A stretch of DNA of 32,000 nucleotides from Rhodobacter capsulatus SB 1003 (GCF_000021865.1 NC_014034.1:960001-992000), one strand, 5' to 3'; positions 17,188 to 25,723 are shown, counted from the stretch's first letter. Numbers and translations are program-made. The notes: generated by a model not told the origin, from the sequence alone.

Positions 17188-17513
17188 CGCAGATCCCCGG
17201 CCGAAAAGGCAAGCGCCGTCGGCCCGAAATGCGTCGGCGGCGCAATCAGGCTTCCCGAGGGAAAGTGATCGAAAGACAAGGGGTTGTCCTGAAAGGCGGT
17301 GGCCAGATCGGCCAGCGACGGGTGGCGGGTGTAGCGCGCCTCGGTGAACAGCGCGAGATCGCTCAGGCCAAGGTCCCGCACCAGATGCGCGGCGGCCTGC
17401 AGACGCGCGGCCTCGCGCGGGGCGGTCAGAACGGCATGCGCCGCCTCGGCCCCCGCCAGCGCGAAAGCCAGGCCAAAGGCCGCCAGCACCGGGGTTGCGG
17501 GACGCAGGCTCAT
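17184..17513 (-). CDS. Small secreted protein, no recognisable family
   Basis: 109 aa. Signal peptide MSLRPATPVLAAFGLAFALAGAEA. ATGA overlaps on both sides (17510-17513 and 17184-17187) support translation within the operon. Confidence 0.6.
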   Translation of the reverse strand: MSLRPATPVLAAFGLAFALAGAEAAHAVLTAPREAARLQAAAHLVRDLGLSDLALFTEARYTRHPSLADLATAFQDNPLSFDHFPSGSLIAPPTHFGPTALAFSAGDLR

Positions 17514-18031
17514 TCGAACCGGCCCTCGTCCAGCTTCGCGGGCAGGTCCGCGGGGATGTCGGCAAAGCGCAGCAGGCGCTTGCCCGCGTGATCGCGCATG
17601 AAATCGGCCGCCTCGGCCTCGCTGGCCAGGGGCACGAACTCATGCCCCATCGGCCCCAGAACATCCGAGCCGACCGCGTAAAGCGCCGTCTCGGCCGCGA
17701 TCGGGCGCAGGCCGTAATAGTCGGTCACCCCCATCGCGGTGATCTGATCGCGACGGCGCCCGGCGGCGTATTTCGGCACCTCGGCCACGAATTTGAAGAA
17801 GTCCTTCGGGCCGTCGAAATGAAAGGCTGCGCCATCGGCAAAGACCACCGTCGCGATCCAGTCGGGATAGCGCGCGACGAACATGCCGCAGACCGGACAG
17901 GTGTCGCGCGGCCCGGGTTTGGGCAGATCGAGGCGCGTCGCATCCGCGCGGGCGGCCTGCGGCAGGCAAAGGGCAAGCGCCGAGACGCCTGCCAGCAGGC
18001 CAAGCGCGGTGCGGCGGGAAAGGTTGCACAT
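17510..18031 (-). CDS. NosL-like periplasmic protein (CPVCGM motif) with an RR-containing signal peptide
   Basis: I prefer the ATG at 18031 (GGAG 6 nt upstream), giving MCNLSRRTALGLLAGVSALA... CPVCGMFVARYPDW...FHFDGPKDFFKF resembles the NosL/YHS-type metal-binding fold. Starts at 18043 or 18082 are possible. Confidence 0.7.
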   Translation of the reverse strand: MCNLSRRTALGLLAGVSALALCLPQAARADATRLDLPKPGPRDTCPVCGMFVARYPDWIATVVFADGAAFHFDGPKDFFKFVAEVPKYAAGRRRDQITAMGVTDYYGLRPIAAETALYAVGSDVLGPMGHEFVPLASEAEAADFMRDHAGKRLLRFADIPADLPAKLDEGRFE

Positions 18032-18086
18032 GGTCAACTCCATCCCCGGCCGTGCCGGGTTTGCACGGCCGGAATGTTGCAAAAGG

Positions 18087-18734
18087 TCAATGCGAGCCGG
18101 GCATCTTCAGGCCCATGTCATGCCGTTTCTCGCCCCGGCGCTTGCGGATCATCGCGGTGTCCTTGGCCATTTCGACATAGGCGGCCATCAGCGCCGTGTC
18201 GAAATCGGCAAGGCTTGCATCGGCGCTGCCCGCGGCGGCGGCCTCGGCCTTGGCGCGGTCGGCAAAGGCCAGTTTCGACACCGCCGACATCGTGCCCGGT
18301 TTCGCGGGATCGATCACATAGGTCATCGCGGCCGTATCGGCGAGCGGCTTCGTCTCGCCCTCGGCCCCGGCATCGCCCGCATAGATCGCCTTCGGCCCGG
18401 CGTCCATGTTGAGCGCCAGCGAAATCGCCGCGCAATGGATCGAACAGGTGCCGTCCACGGTGTCGTTTTCATAAACGATCAGATGGCGCGAGGCCGAGAA
18501 CATCGCCCGCATCATGCCGCAATAGGGGCAGCGCGGATATTTGCCCAGATCGTCGGTCACCGGGTCGGGATCGACCTTGAGAAACCGGGTCAGCCCGTTT
18601 TCATCGGTCCATTGCATCGGGCTGACCGGCTTTTCGGCGGGGGACATCGCCATTTCGGCGCGGGCGGGCAGGGCGGCCAGCGGCACAAGCGCGGTGGCAG
18701 AGGCGGTGGCGGCAAGAAAATCACGACGTTTCAT
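18087..18734 (-). CDS. Tat-signal periplasmic protein with a NosL/TRASH-like Cys4 motif and Met/His-rich termini
   Basis: ATG at 18734 follows GGAGA. Twin-arginine signal MKRRDFLAATASATAL..ARA. Motif CPYCGM-x22-CSIHC (C-x2-C-x24-C-x3-C). The mature N-terminus EMAMSPAEKPVSPM and C-terminus HDMGLKMPGSH are rich in Met and His. Confidence 0.75.
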   Translation of the reverse strand: MKRRDFLAATASATALVPLAALPARAEMAMSPAEKPVSPMQWTDENGLTRFLKVDPDPVTDDLGKYPRCPYCGMMRAMFSASRHLIVYENDTVDGTCSIHCAAISLALNMDAGPKAIYAGDAGAEGETKPLADTAAMTYVIDPAKPGTMSAVSKLAFADRAKAEAAAAGSADASLADFDTALMAAYVEMAKDTAMIRKRRGEKRHDMGLKMPGSH

Positions 18735-18829
18735 CGCTGTCTCCAGAACGGAACATTGGCAGGGATCAGGGCACGGCGGGGACCCCGCGGGGACGGGGAG
18801 GGCGGGACGCTGCCCCCCTCGCGCCCCCG

Positions 18830-19261
18830 TCACAGGGTCGCAACCACCGGCGGTGCGCGGATCAGGCCGCTGCGCGGCAAAGGCGCGATGAAGGTGAAGG
18901 GGATCAGGGCCGCGGGATCAGGCGCGGTCAAAAGATGCAGCTGCGGCGGCGGCAGATCCGGCAGCGCGGGCATGGCAAAGGCGCAGACCGCGGCGCTGGT
19001 GCAGATCGCGCAGCCCGCATGGCCGCCGTCCGTGTCCAGGACCCGGCCCGAGACGGGATCGTAAAGCGCCCCCCCCTCGCCGGTGCAAAGCTGCAAGAAC
19101 CCCGCCCGCGCGCCCGGGCCAAGGCCGCCCAGATCCTGCAGCGCCGAGGCCGAGAGATGTTCGGCGAAGAACAGGCTTTGCAGCGCGAGGGCCAGCACCG
19201 CCAGCCACCGGGCGAAAACGCCGGCGCGGAAGGACAGCTGGGGGCGGGCAGGGCGGATCAT
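18830..19261 (-). CDS. DUF2946-like small membrane-anchored/secreted protein (CxxC)
   Basis: Start MIRPARPQLSF at 19261. It has an N-terminal hydrophobic segment (WLAVLALALQSLFF), then LCTGEGG and HAGCAICTSAAVC followed by LPDLPPP. This matches the architecture I recall for DUF2946. The family call is from memory. Confidence 0.55.
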   Translation of the reverse strand: MIRPARPQLSFRAGVFARWLAVLALALQSLFFAEHLSASALQDLGGLGPGARAGFLQLCTGEGGALYDPVSGRVLDTDGGHAGCAICTSAAVCAFAMPALPDLPPPQLHLLTAPDPAALIPFTFIAPLPRSGLIRAPPVVATL

Positions 19262-19380
19262 CACGGCTCGCGGTCGCGGGGTTGGCACAGCATTGCGGCA
19301 GGCCGGGGGGAAAGCAATGCCTTCCCGCCGGTGTTTCGGGCTGCCGTGCTCTCTGGCTATCGGGCAGGCGCACCGCGCGC

Positions 19381-19396
19381 CTTGACCGAGGTCAAG
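19381..19396. promoter_or_regulatory. Perfect 7-2-7 inverted repeat CTTGACC-GA-GGTCAAG in the divergent promoter region
   Basis: Read directly. It lies between the DUF2946-like start (19261, minus) and the EamA start (19467, plus), and contains TTGACC on both strands. Confidence 0.35.
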
Positions 19397-19466
19397 TGTC
19401 GCAGGCGGGCTGTATCCCGCACAATCGGCCGCTTGCGCCCCCGCGCGGGGCAGGGCAGCAAGGGGC

Positions 19467-20354
19467 ATGACGTCGATCTCCGAGAAGAACCAACCCGTCG
19501 AGGGCGTGCTGTGGATGCTGGCCACGGGCATCGCCTTCGTCTTCGTCAACGGCATCGTGCGTTATCTGGGCACGGCGTTGCCCGCCGCCGAATCCGCCTT
19601 CATCCGCTTCGCCTGGGGGCTGCTGTTTCTGGCGCCCTCGTTGCTGCCCTTGTTGCGTTCGGGGATTTCGCCCGGCCTTTTCAAGCTTTTCGCGCTGCGC
19701 GGCGCGCTGCATACCATCGCCGTGATGCTGTGGTTCTACGCGATGGCGCGGATCACCATCTCCGAGGTGACCGCGATCGGCTATCTGAACCCGATCATCG
19801 TCACCCTGGGCGCGGGTCTGTTCTTCGGCGAGGGCTTCCGCCCGGCGCGGATGGCGGCGATTGGCCTGGCGATGCTTGGCGCGCTGGTGGTGCTGCGCCC
19901 GGGGCTGCGCGAGCTGTCGCCCGGCCATCTCGCGCAGCTTGGCGCGGCCTTCGGGTTCGGGCTGTCCTATCTGGTGATGAAGCGGCTGACGCAGCTTGCC
20001 CCGGCCTCGACCGTGGTGGCGGTGATGGCGCTGTCGGTGACGATCGGCCTTGCGCCCTTTGCGCTGGCGGTCTGGCAGCCGGTCAGCCTTTCGCAGCTGC
20101 TCTGGCTGGGGGCGGTCGCCGTCTTTGCGACGGCGGGGCATTACTGCATGACCCGCGCCTTTGCCTGCGCGCCGATGACGGTGACGCAGCCGGTGACCTT
20201 TCTGCAGCTGGTCTGGGCGACAGCTCTCGGCTGGTCGGTCTTTGGCGAGGCGGTCGACCCCTGGGTGATCCTGGGCGGGGCCATCATCCTGGCGGCAGTC
20301 GTGTTCCTGACCTGGCGCGAGTCGCGTGGGCAGCCGTCGCAAGGGCGTATTTGA
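19467..20354 (+). CDS. EamA/DMT superfamily transporter
   Basis: 295 aa, 10 predicted TMs, two EamA-like repeats. SD AAGGGG lies upstream. Confidence 0.8.
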   Translation: MTSISEKNQPVEGVLWMLATGIAFVFVNGIVRYLGTALPAAESAFIRFAWGLLFLAPSLLPLLRSGISPGLFKLFALRGALHTIAVMLWFYAMARITISEVTAIGYLNPIIVTLGAGLFFGEGFRPARMAAIGLAMLGALVVLRPGLRELSPGHLAQLGAAFGFGLSYLVMKRLTQLAPASTVVAVMALSVTIGLAPFALAVWQPVSLSQLLWLGAVAVFATAGHYCMTRAFACAPMTVTQPVTFLQLVWATALGWSVFGEAVDPWVILGGAIILAAVVFLTWRESRGQPSQGRI

Positions 20355-20417
20355 GCCAAGAAGAAACCCGAAGCCAAAGGACTCCGGGTTTCCGTTTTTT
20401 CTTGGGAAAAATACGCC
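20344..20417. repeat. Palindromic copy of the dispersed repeat filling the EamA/proV convergent gap; likely bidirectional terminator
   Basis: Left arm GGCGTATTTGAGCCAAGAAGAAACCCG, right arm CGGGTTTCCGTTTTTTCTTGGGAAAAATACGCC. Paired blocks are GGCGTATTT/AAATACGCC, CCAAGAA/TTCTTGG and AAACCCG/CGGGTTT. The EamA stop codon (20352-20354) lies inside the left arm, and the proV stop is 3 nt beyond the right arm. Confidence 0.65.
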
Positions 20418-20420
20418 TCT

Positions 20421-21482
20421 TTACCCCTTGGCGGCGGTGCCGCGCGGGTCGATCAGCCGGGCGATCACGCCTTCGCGGGTGATCCGCCGCCCGTCGGTCA
20501 GCGCCACGGCGGGGACGGTCTTCAAAAGCTCCATCACCTTGATCACCGGGGTTTCGGGCGCAATCGGCGTGCCCTCGGCCGCGCCCGGTTCGGCCATGTC
20601 CTCGGCCGTCAGCACGCCAAGCGGGTTCATGTGGGCGACGAATTCGGCGACGTACTCATCGACCGGATTGGCGATGATTTCCCGCGCCGTGCCCATCTGC
20701 ACCAGCCGCCCGCCTTCCATCAGTGCGATGCGGTTGCCAAGCTTGAAGGCCTCGTCCAGATCGTGGGACACGAAGACGATGGTGCGTTTCAGCGTCGATT
20801 GCAGCTCCAGAAGTTCATCCTGCAGCTTCGCCCGAATGAGCGGATCGAGCGCCGAGAAGGGCTCGTCCATCAGAAGGATCGGCGCTTCGGTGGCAAAGGC
20901 GCGGGCCAGCCCCACGCGCTGCTGCATGCCGCCCGAAAGCTCGCCCACCTTGCGCTCGGCCCAGTCGGTCAGGTTCACCAGTTTCAGCTGCGCATCGACG
21001 CGGTCGCGCCGTTCCGCCTTGCCCATGCCGCTCAGTTCCAGCCCCAGCCCGACGTTTTCGCGCACGGTCCGCCAGGGCAGCAGGCCGAATTGCTGAAACA
21101 CCATCGCGACGCGGGTCTGCCGGATCCGGCGCAGGGTCTGCGGATCGGCATGGGTGACATCGACAAGCCCGTTGCCGTCGCAGACCTCGACCTTGCCGCG
21201 GCAGACCGGGTTGAGCCCGTTCACCGCGCGCAGAAGCGTCGATTTGCCCGAGCCCGAAAGGCCCATCAGCACCAGGATTTCGCCCTCGGCCACCGAGAGC
21301 GAGCAGTCATGCACCCCCAGAACCTGACCCGTGCGAGCCTGGATCTCGGCGCGCGACATGCCTTGGTCCATCAGCGGCAGGGCGCGGTCCGGGTGATCGC
21401 CAAAGACGATCGAGACATTGTCGAACCGCACCGCGACGCCCGCGGTCAGCTTCGGATCGGTGATCATGGTCGCATGTCTCAT
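20421..21482 (-). CDS. proV: Quaternary-amine (glycine betaine/choline) ABC transporter ATP-binding protein with C-terminal CBS domains
   Basis: Walker A GLSGSGKST, signature LSGGMQQRVGLAR, Walker B LLMDEPFSALD. ATGA overlap with the permease gene. The ChoV-like assignment is inferred from the neighbouring bet genes. Confidence 0.9.
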   Translation of the reverse strand: MRHATMITDPKLTAGVAVRFDNVSIVFGDHPDRALPLMDQGMSRAEIQARTGQVLGVHDCSLSVAEGEILVLMGLSGSGKSTLLRAVNGLNPVCRGKVEVCDGNGLVDVTHADPQTLRRIRQTRVAMVFQQFGLLPWRTVRENVGLGLELSGMGKAERRDRVDAQLKLVNLTDWAERKVGELSGGMQQRVGLARAFATEAPILLMDEPFSALDPLIRAKLQDELLELQSTLKRTIVFVSHDLDEAFKLGNRIALMEGGRLVQMGTAREIIANPVDEYVAEFVAHMNPLGVLTAEDMAEPGAAEGTPIAPETPVIKVMELLKTVPAVALTDGRRITREGVIARLIDPRGTAAKG

Positions 21483-22510
21483 TTCGATCCCCCGAAGCGC
21501 ATCATCCGGTCAAGCACGATGGCGACGACCACGATGATCATCCCCGATTCAAAGCCAAGCGCGGTGTTGACCGAGTTCAGCGCCCGCACCACCGGCACAC
21601 CGAGCCCGTTCGCGCCCACCAGCGCCGCGATCACCACCATGGAGAGCGAGAGCATGATCGTCTGGTTCAGCCCCGCCATGATCTGCGGCAGCGCATAGGG
21701 CAGTTCGACCTTCCACAGCACCTGCCGCGGCGTGGCGCCAAAGGCGCGGGCGGCTTCCAGAAGCGGCTGCGGCGTGGTGGACACCCCCAGATGCGTCAGC
21801 CGGATCGGCGCGGGCAGCACGAAAATCACCGTCGCGATCAGCCCCGGCACCATGCCGATGCCGAAAAACACGATCGCCGGGATCAGATAGACGAAGGTCG
21901 GCAGCGTCTGCATCAGGTCGAGGATCGGCTGCATCGCCAGATAAAGCCGGGGCCGGTGCGCGGCGGCGATGCCGATCGGCACGCCCAGCGACATGCAGAC
22001 GACACAGGCCGAGATCACAAGCGTCAGGCTTTCCGTCGTCGGTTTCCAGTAGCCCTGGTTGAAGACGTAAAGCAGGCCCAGAAGCACGGTCAGCAGGATC
22101 GACACCCGCCGCTGCAGGAACCACGAGATGCCAAGGAAAAAGCCCGTCATGATGAAGGGCTGATATTCCGGCGGGTAAAGCGGCGTATATTCTGCCGCGC
22201 CGGTGATCCAGGAAATGTCGAGCGGCGTCGCAAAGATCGCCATGATCCCGTCGATCAGCGTTTCGAAGATCGCGGCCAGATGATCGAAGACGATCGAGAA
22301 ACTGTCGCGCATCCATTCGAAGACGTGCTTGGCCCAGGGGCCGACGGGAATTTTCCATTTGCCGGTGAAAAGATCGGTGCCGCTGTGGCCGGTGATCAGC
22401 CCGGAGCCGATCAGCAGGGCCGCCAGTTTTTCGAGGACCGTCTTGAGCAGGATGGCGCCGAAAATCGACGCGGCGATGGTGCCGATCAGGCGCATCGTTT
22501 GCTGTAGCAT
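21479..22510 (-). CDS. proW: Quaternary-amine ABC transporter permease
   Basis: 343 aa. BPD-transport inner-membrane component with an EAA-like loop (EAARAFGATPRQVLWKVELPYALP). Confidence 0.9.
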   Translation of the reverse strand: MLQQTMRLIGTIAASIFGAILLKTVLEKLAALLIGSGLITGHSGTDLFTGKWKIPVGPWAKHVFEWMRDSFSIVFDHLAAIFETLIDGIMAIFATPLDISWITGAAEYTPLYPPEYQPFIMTGFFLGISWFLQRRVSILLTVLLGLLYVFNQGYWKPTTESLTLVISACVVCMSLGVPIGIAAAHRPRLYLAMQPILDLMQTLPTFVYLIPAIVFFGIGMVPGLIATVIFVLPAPIRLTHLGVSTTPQPLLEAARAFGATPRQVLWKVELPYALPQIMAGLNQTIMLSLSMVVIAALVGANGLGVPVVRALNSVNTALGFESGMIIVVVAIVLDRMMRFGGSK

Positions 22511-22541
22511 GTCGCTTGCCTTGCGTGGTTCGGAAGACCGA

Positions 22542-22559
22542 CAGGCGGGGGCCCGCCTG
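22542..22559 (-). other. Intercistronic hairpin between the substrate-binding-protein and permease genes
   Basis: Stem CAGGCGG / CCGCCTG with loop GGGC in the 75-nt proX-proW gap. Hairpins of this kind commonly give differential SBP/permease expression; that function is inferred here. Confidence 0.4.
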
Positions 22560-22585
22560 CCTGGATCGTCAGGTCAGCGCAAGGC

Positions 22586-23512
22586 TTATTTCAGCGCCGC
22601 GGTCACCGCCGCAAGGCCGTCGCCGCCGTCCTTGGTGGTCACGCCGGCAAGCCAGGGGGCCAGAACTTCCGGGTGCGCGGCCAGCCAGTCCTTGGCGGCG
22701 GTCGGCGGGTCGATGCCCTCGTCAAGGATCTTGCCCATGATCTCGTTTTCCATCGCCAGGCTGAATTCGAGATTGGAGAGCAGCTTGCCGGTGTTCGGGC
22801 ATTCCGCGACATAACCCTTGCGGACATTGGTGCGCACCTCGGCGCCGCCGAAATTCGGGCCGAAGACCTCATCGCCGCCGGTCAGGTAGCTCATCTTGAA
22901 ATTCGCGTTCATCGGATGCGGTTCCCAGCCGAGGAACACCACCGGGGTATTGTCCTTTTCGCCCTTGGCGACGGCGGCGAGCATCCCCTGTTCCGAGCTT
23001 TCGACAACCTCGAAGCCGGTCAGGTCGAATTTGCCCGCGGTGATCATGTCGAGCACCAGACGGTTGCCGTCATTGCCCGGCTCGATCCCGTAGATCTTGC
23101 CCTCGAGCGCGTCCTTGTTCTTCGCGATATCGGCGAAATCCTTGATGCCAAGTGCGGCGCCCGCGGCATTGGTGGCCAGCGTGTATTTCGCGCCCACCAG
23201 GTTGGTGCGCAAAGTTTCGACCGTGCCGTCATCGCGATAGGGCGCCAGATCGGCCTCCATCGAGGGCATCCAGTTGCCCAGGAACACGTCCACATCCCCC
23301 GAGGAGAGCGCCGTATAGGTCACCGGCACCGACAGAAGCTTGATGTCGGTTTCATACCCCAGCGCCTGCAGCACCGTCGTCGTCACCGCGGTCGTCGCGG
23401 TGATGTCGGTCCAGCCCACATCCGAAAAGATCACCTTGTTGCAATCGGCCGCGGCGGGAAGGGCAAGCGAAACTGTCGCAGCCCCGGCAAGAAGGAAGGA
23501 ACGAAGCGTCAT
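22586..23512 (-). CDS. proX: Quaternary-amine (choline/glycine betaine) ABC transporter substrate-binding protein
   Basis: ATG at 23512 follows GGGAGA. Signal peptide MTLRSFLLAGAATVSLALPAAA. FSDVGWTDITATTAVT...FLGNWMPS is ProX/ChoX-like. Confidence 0.85.
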   Translation of the reverse strand: MTLRSFLLAGAATVSLALPAAADCNKVIFSDVGWTDITATTAVTTTVLQALGYETDIKLLSVPVTYTALSSGDVDVFLGNWMPSMEADLAPYRDDGTVETLRTNLVGAKYTLATNAAGAALGIKDFADIAKNKDALEGKIYGIEPGNDGNRLVLDMITAGKFDLTGFEVVESSEQGMLAAVAKGEKDNTPVVFLGWEPHPMNANFKMSYLTGGDEVFGPNFGGAEVRTNVRKGYVAECPNTGKLLSNLEFSLAMENEIMGKILDEGIDPPTAAKDWLAAHPEVLAPWLAGVTTKDGGDGLAAVTAALK

Positions 23513-23558
23513 CAGGGTCTCCCGTTGGTTGCCCGGTTTACGGTCAGGCTTTTTGTTG

Positions 23559-23572
23559 ATTGACGAGTCAAT
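23559..23572. promoter_or_regulatory. Candidate BetI operator: palindrome ATTGAC-GA-GTCAAT
   Basis: Perfect 6-2-6 inverted repeat (extended form TTGATTGACGAGTCAATAA) in the AT-richer 116-bp divergent region between proX and betI. It resembles the TetR-type BetI boxes I recall from proteobacteria. Confidence 0.55.
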
Positions 23573-23628
23573 AAACTTGCCTGTAGCTCCTAAAAGCAAG
23601 TTCTTTTTTGAGCGGAGTCGCAAAAGAC

Positions 23629-24213
23629 ATGCCGAAGCTTGGAGCAGAGCCTATTCGACGGGCGGCCTTGGTGAAAGCCACGATCGAAACGGTGGGCGAG
23701 GCGGGGTCGCTTGAAGTGACCGTAGCACAGATTGCGCGGCGTGCGGGGATGTCCTCTGCGCTGGCGCATCATTATTTTGGCTCGAAGGAGCAGATTTTCC
23801 TGGCCGCGATGCGGGCGATCCTGACGCTTTACGGCGCCGAGGTGCGCGGCGCGCTGGCCGCGGCCGAGCGCGGGCCCGAATCACGGCTGCGCGCGATCAT
23901 CGCGGGCTCGTTCTCGCCGGGGTCGTTCCGGCGCGAGGCGATCTCGGCCTGGTTGAATTTCTACGTTCTGGCGCAGACGAATCGCGAGGCGATGCGGCTT
24001 TTGCGGGTCTATCAGCGCCGCTTGCGCTCGAACCTGCAGCATGAATTGCGCCCGCTGGTCGGCCCGCGGGCCGAGGCGGTGGCGCGTGGTCTGGGGGCGA
24101 TGATCGACGGCGTCTATATCCGGGCGGCCTTGGCCGAACATGCGCCGGATCGCGCTTATGCGCTTGAAATCGTGTATGAATATCTGAACCGGGAACTGGA
24201 GGTGCGGTCATGA
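23629..24213 (+). CDS. betI: TetR-family choline-responsive repressor BetI
   Basis: [54 protein letters not shown] is the BetI signature N-terminus. It lies immediately upstream of betB with an ATGA overlap. Confidence 0.9.
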   Translation: MPKLGAEPIRRAALVKATIETVGEAGSLEVTVAQIARRAGMSSALAHHYFGSKEQIFLAAMRAILTLYGAEVRGALAAAERGPESRLRAIIAGSFSPGSFRREAISAWLNFYVLAQTNREAMRLLRVYQRRLRSNLQHELRPLVGPRAEAVARGLGAMIDGVYIRAALAEHAPDRAYALEIVYEYLNRELEVRS

Positions 24214-25661
24214 GGGCACAGCCGAAGGCCAGCCATTTCGTCAATGGCGACTGGGTCGAGGACAAGGCCGGGGCCGAGATCGAGGTGATCTTTCCCGGCA
24301 CCGGCGAGGTGATCGCGGTGCTGCACGAAGCAACCCCCGCGGTGATCGAGGCGGCGCTGTCGGGGGCGGTGGCGGCGCAACGCGCCTGGGCCGCGCTGAA
24401 GCCGGTCGAGCGGGCGCGGATCCTGCGCCGCGCCGCCGATCTGATTCGCGACCGCGGCGCGGAACTGGCGTTTCTGGAAACGCTCGACACCGGCAAGCCC
24501 CTGCAGGAAACGCTGGTCGCCGACTGGCCCTCGGGCGCGGACAGTCTGGAATATTTCGCGGGGCTGGCGCCGACCCTGACCGGCGAGACGATCCCGCTTG
24601 GCGGCGATTTCGCCTATACGATTCGCGAGCCTTTGGGGGTCTGCGTCGGCATCGGCGCCTGGAATTACCCCAGCCAGATCGCCTGCTGGAAGGCCGCCCC
24701 GGCGCTCTCGACCGGCAATGCGATGGTGTTCAAACCCTCGGAGGTCACGCCCTTGGGCGCGCTGCAGCTGGCCGAGCTCTTCATTCAGGCGGGGATGCCC
24801 GCGGGGGTCTTCAACGTCGTGCAGGGCCGGGGGGCCGTGGGCGGCGTGCTGAGCACTGATTCGCGGGTGGCCAAGGTGTCGCTGACCGGCTCGGTCACGA
24901 CCGGCGCGCGGGTCTATGCGGCGGCGGGTGCGGGGATGAAACATGTGACGATGGAGCTGGGGGGCAAATCGCCGCTGATCGTCTTTGAAGATGCCGATCT
25001 GGAAAGCGCCATCGGCGCGGCGATGCTGGGGAATTTCTATTCCTCGGGGCAGGTCTGCTCGAACGGGACGCGGGTCTTCGTGCACAGATCGATCAAGGAG
25101 CGCTTCCTGACCCGGCTGGCCGAACGCACGGCCGCGATCAAGGCGGGCGATCCCCTGGACGCGGCGACGCAATTCGGCCCGCTCGTTTCGGCGGCGCAGC
25201 ATGCCAAGGTGCTGGGCTATGTCGCCACGGCCAAGGCCGAGGGCGCGCGGCTGGTCTGTGGCGGGCAGGCGGGCAACGAGGGGCCGCTGTTCGTGCAGCC
25301 GACGGTCTTTGCCGATGTCACCGACACGATGACGCTGGCGCGCGAGGAAGTCTTTGGCCCGGTGATGGCGGTTCTGGATTTCGAGACCGAGGACGAGGTG
25401 ATCGCCCGGGCGAATGGCACCGAGTTCGGGCTGGCCGCCGGGGTCTTTACCGCCGATCTGGCGCGGGGGCACCGGGTCATCGCGCAGCTGCAGGCGGGGA
25501 CGTGCTGGATCAACGCCTATAACCTGACGCCGGTGGAGATGCCCTTTGGCGCGGTGAAAGCCTCGGGCGTGGGGCGGGAAAATTCCAAGGCCGCGATCGA
25601 GCACTATACGCAGGTGAAGGCCGTCTATGTCGGCATGGGGCCGGTCGAGAGCCCCTATTGA
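24210..25661 (+). CDS. betB: Betaine-aldehyde dehydrogenase
   Basis: 483 aa. ALDH motifs: [10 protein letters not shown] and the catalytic Cys region [16 protein letters not shown]. Context is between betI and betA. Confidence 0.9.
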   Translation: MRAQPKASHFVNGDWVEDKAGAEIEVIFPGTGEVIAVLHEATPAVIEAALSGAVAAQRAWAALKPVERARILRRAADLIRDRGAELAFLETLDTGKPLQETLVADWPSGADSLEYFAGLAPTLTGETIPLGGDFAYTIREPLGVCVGIGAWNYPSQIACWKAAPALSTGNAMVFKPSEVTPLGALQLAELFIQAGMPAGVFNVVQGRGAVGGVLSTDSRVAKVSLTGSVTTGARVYAAAGAGMKHVTMELGGKSPLIVFEDADLESAIGAAMLGNFYSSGQVCSNGTRVFVHRSIKERFLTRLAERTAAIKAGDPLDAATQFGPLVSAAQHAKVLGYVATAKAEGARLVCGGQAGNEGPLFVQPTVFADVTDTMTLAREEVFGPVMAVLDFETEDEVIARANGTEFGLAAGVFTADLARGHRVIAQLQAGTCWINAYNLTPVEMPFGAVKASGVGRENSKAAIEHYTQVKAVYVGMGPVESPY

Positions 25662-25678
25662 AACGCAGGCCGGCCGGT

Positions 25679-25723
25679 CCCCCCCCGGACCCCCCCGGCG
25701 TATTTGCGCCAAGAAAAAACAGG
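25679..25723 (+). repeat. Solo forward copy of the dispersed repeat inside the betB-betA intercistronic gap
   Basis: cccccccggacccccccggcgtatttgcgccaagaaaaaacag is nearly identical to 14201-14243, differing at a few positions. Confidence 0.6.

Noticed and set aside
15374-17245. 623-aa ORF suggesting a large fusion protein ending in an ABC ATPase
   Set aside because: Only the last 225 aa (from MITLHGVSKTY at 16051) are ATPase-like. The N-terminal extension overlaps the FtsX permease gene in another frame and is R/G/A-rich. The ATGA junction at 16048-16051 supports two separate genes.
19283-19296. Sigma-54-like element TGGCAC-AGCA-TTGC
   Set aside because: The spacing between the GG and GC dinucleotides is one nucleotide shorter than the strict -24/-12 consensus (TGGCAC-N5-TTGC). 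No enhancer-binding-protein gene is nearby. Probably a chance match.
18935-20482. 515-aa plus-strand ORF spanning the divergent region and the EamA gene in another frame
   Set aside because: It is out of frame with the credible EamA transporter (19467-20354) and antisense to the DUF2946-like gene. The composition is R/G/A-rich.
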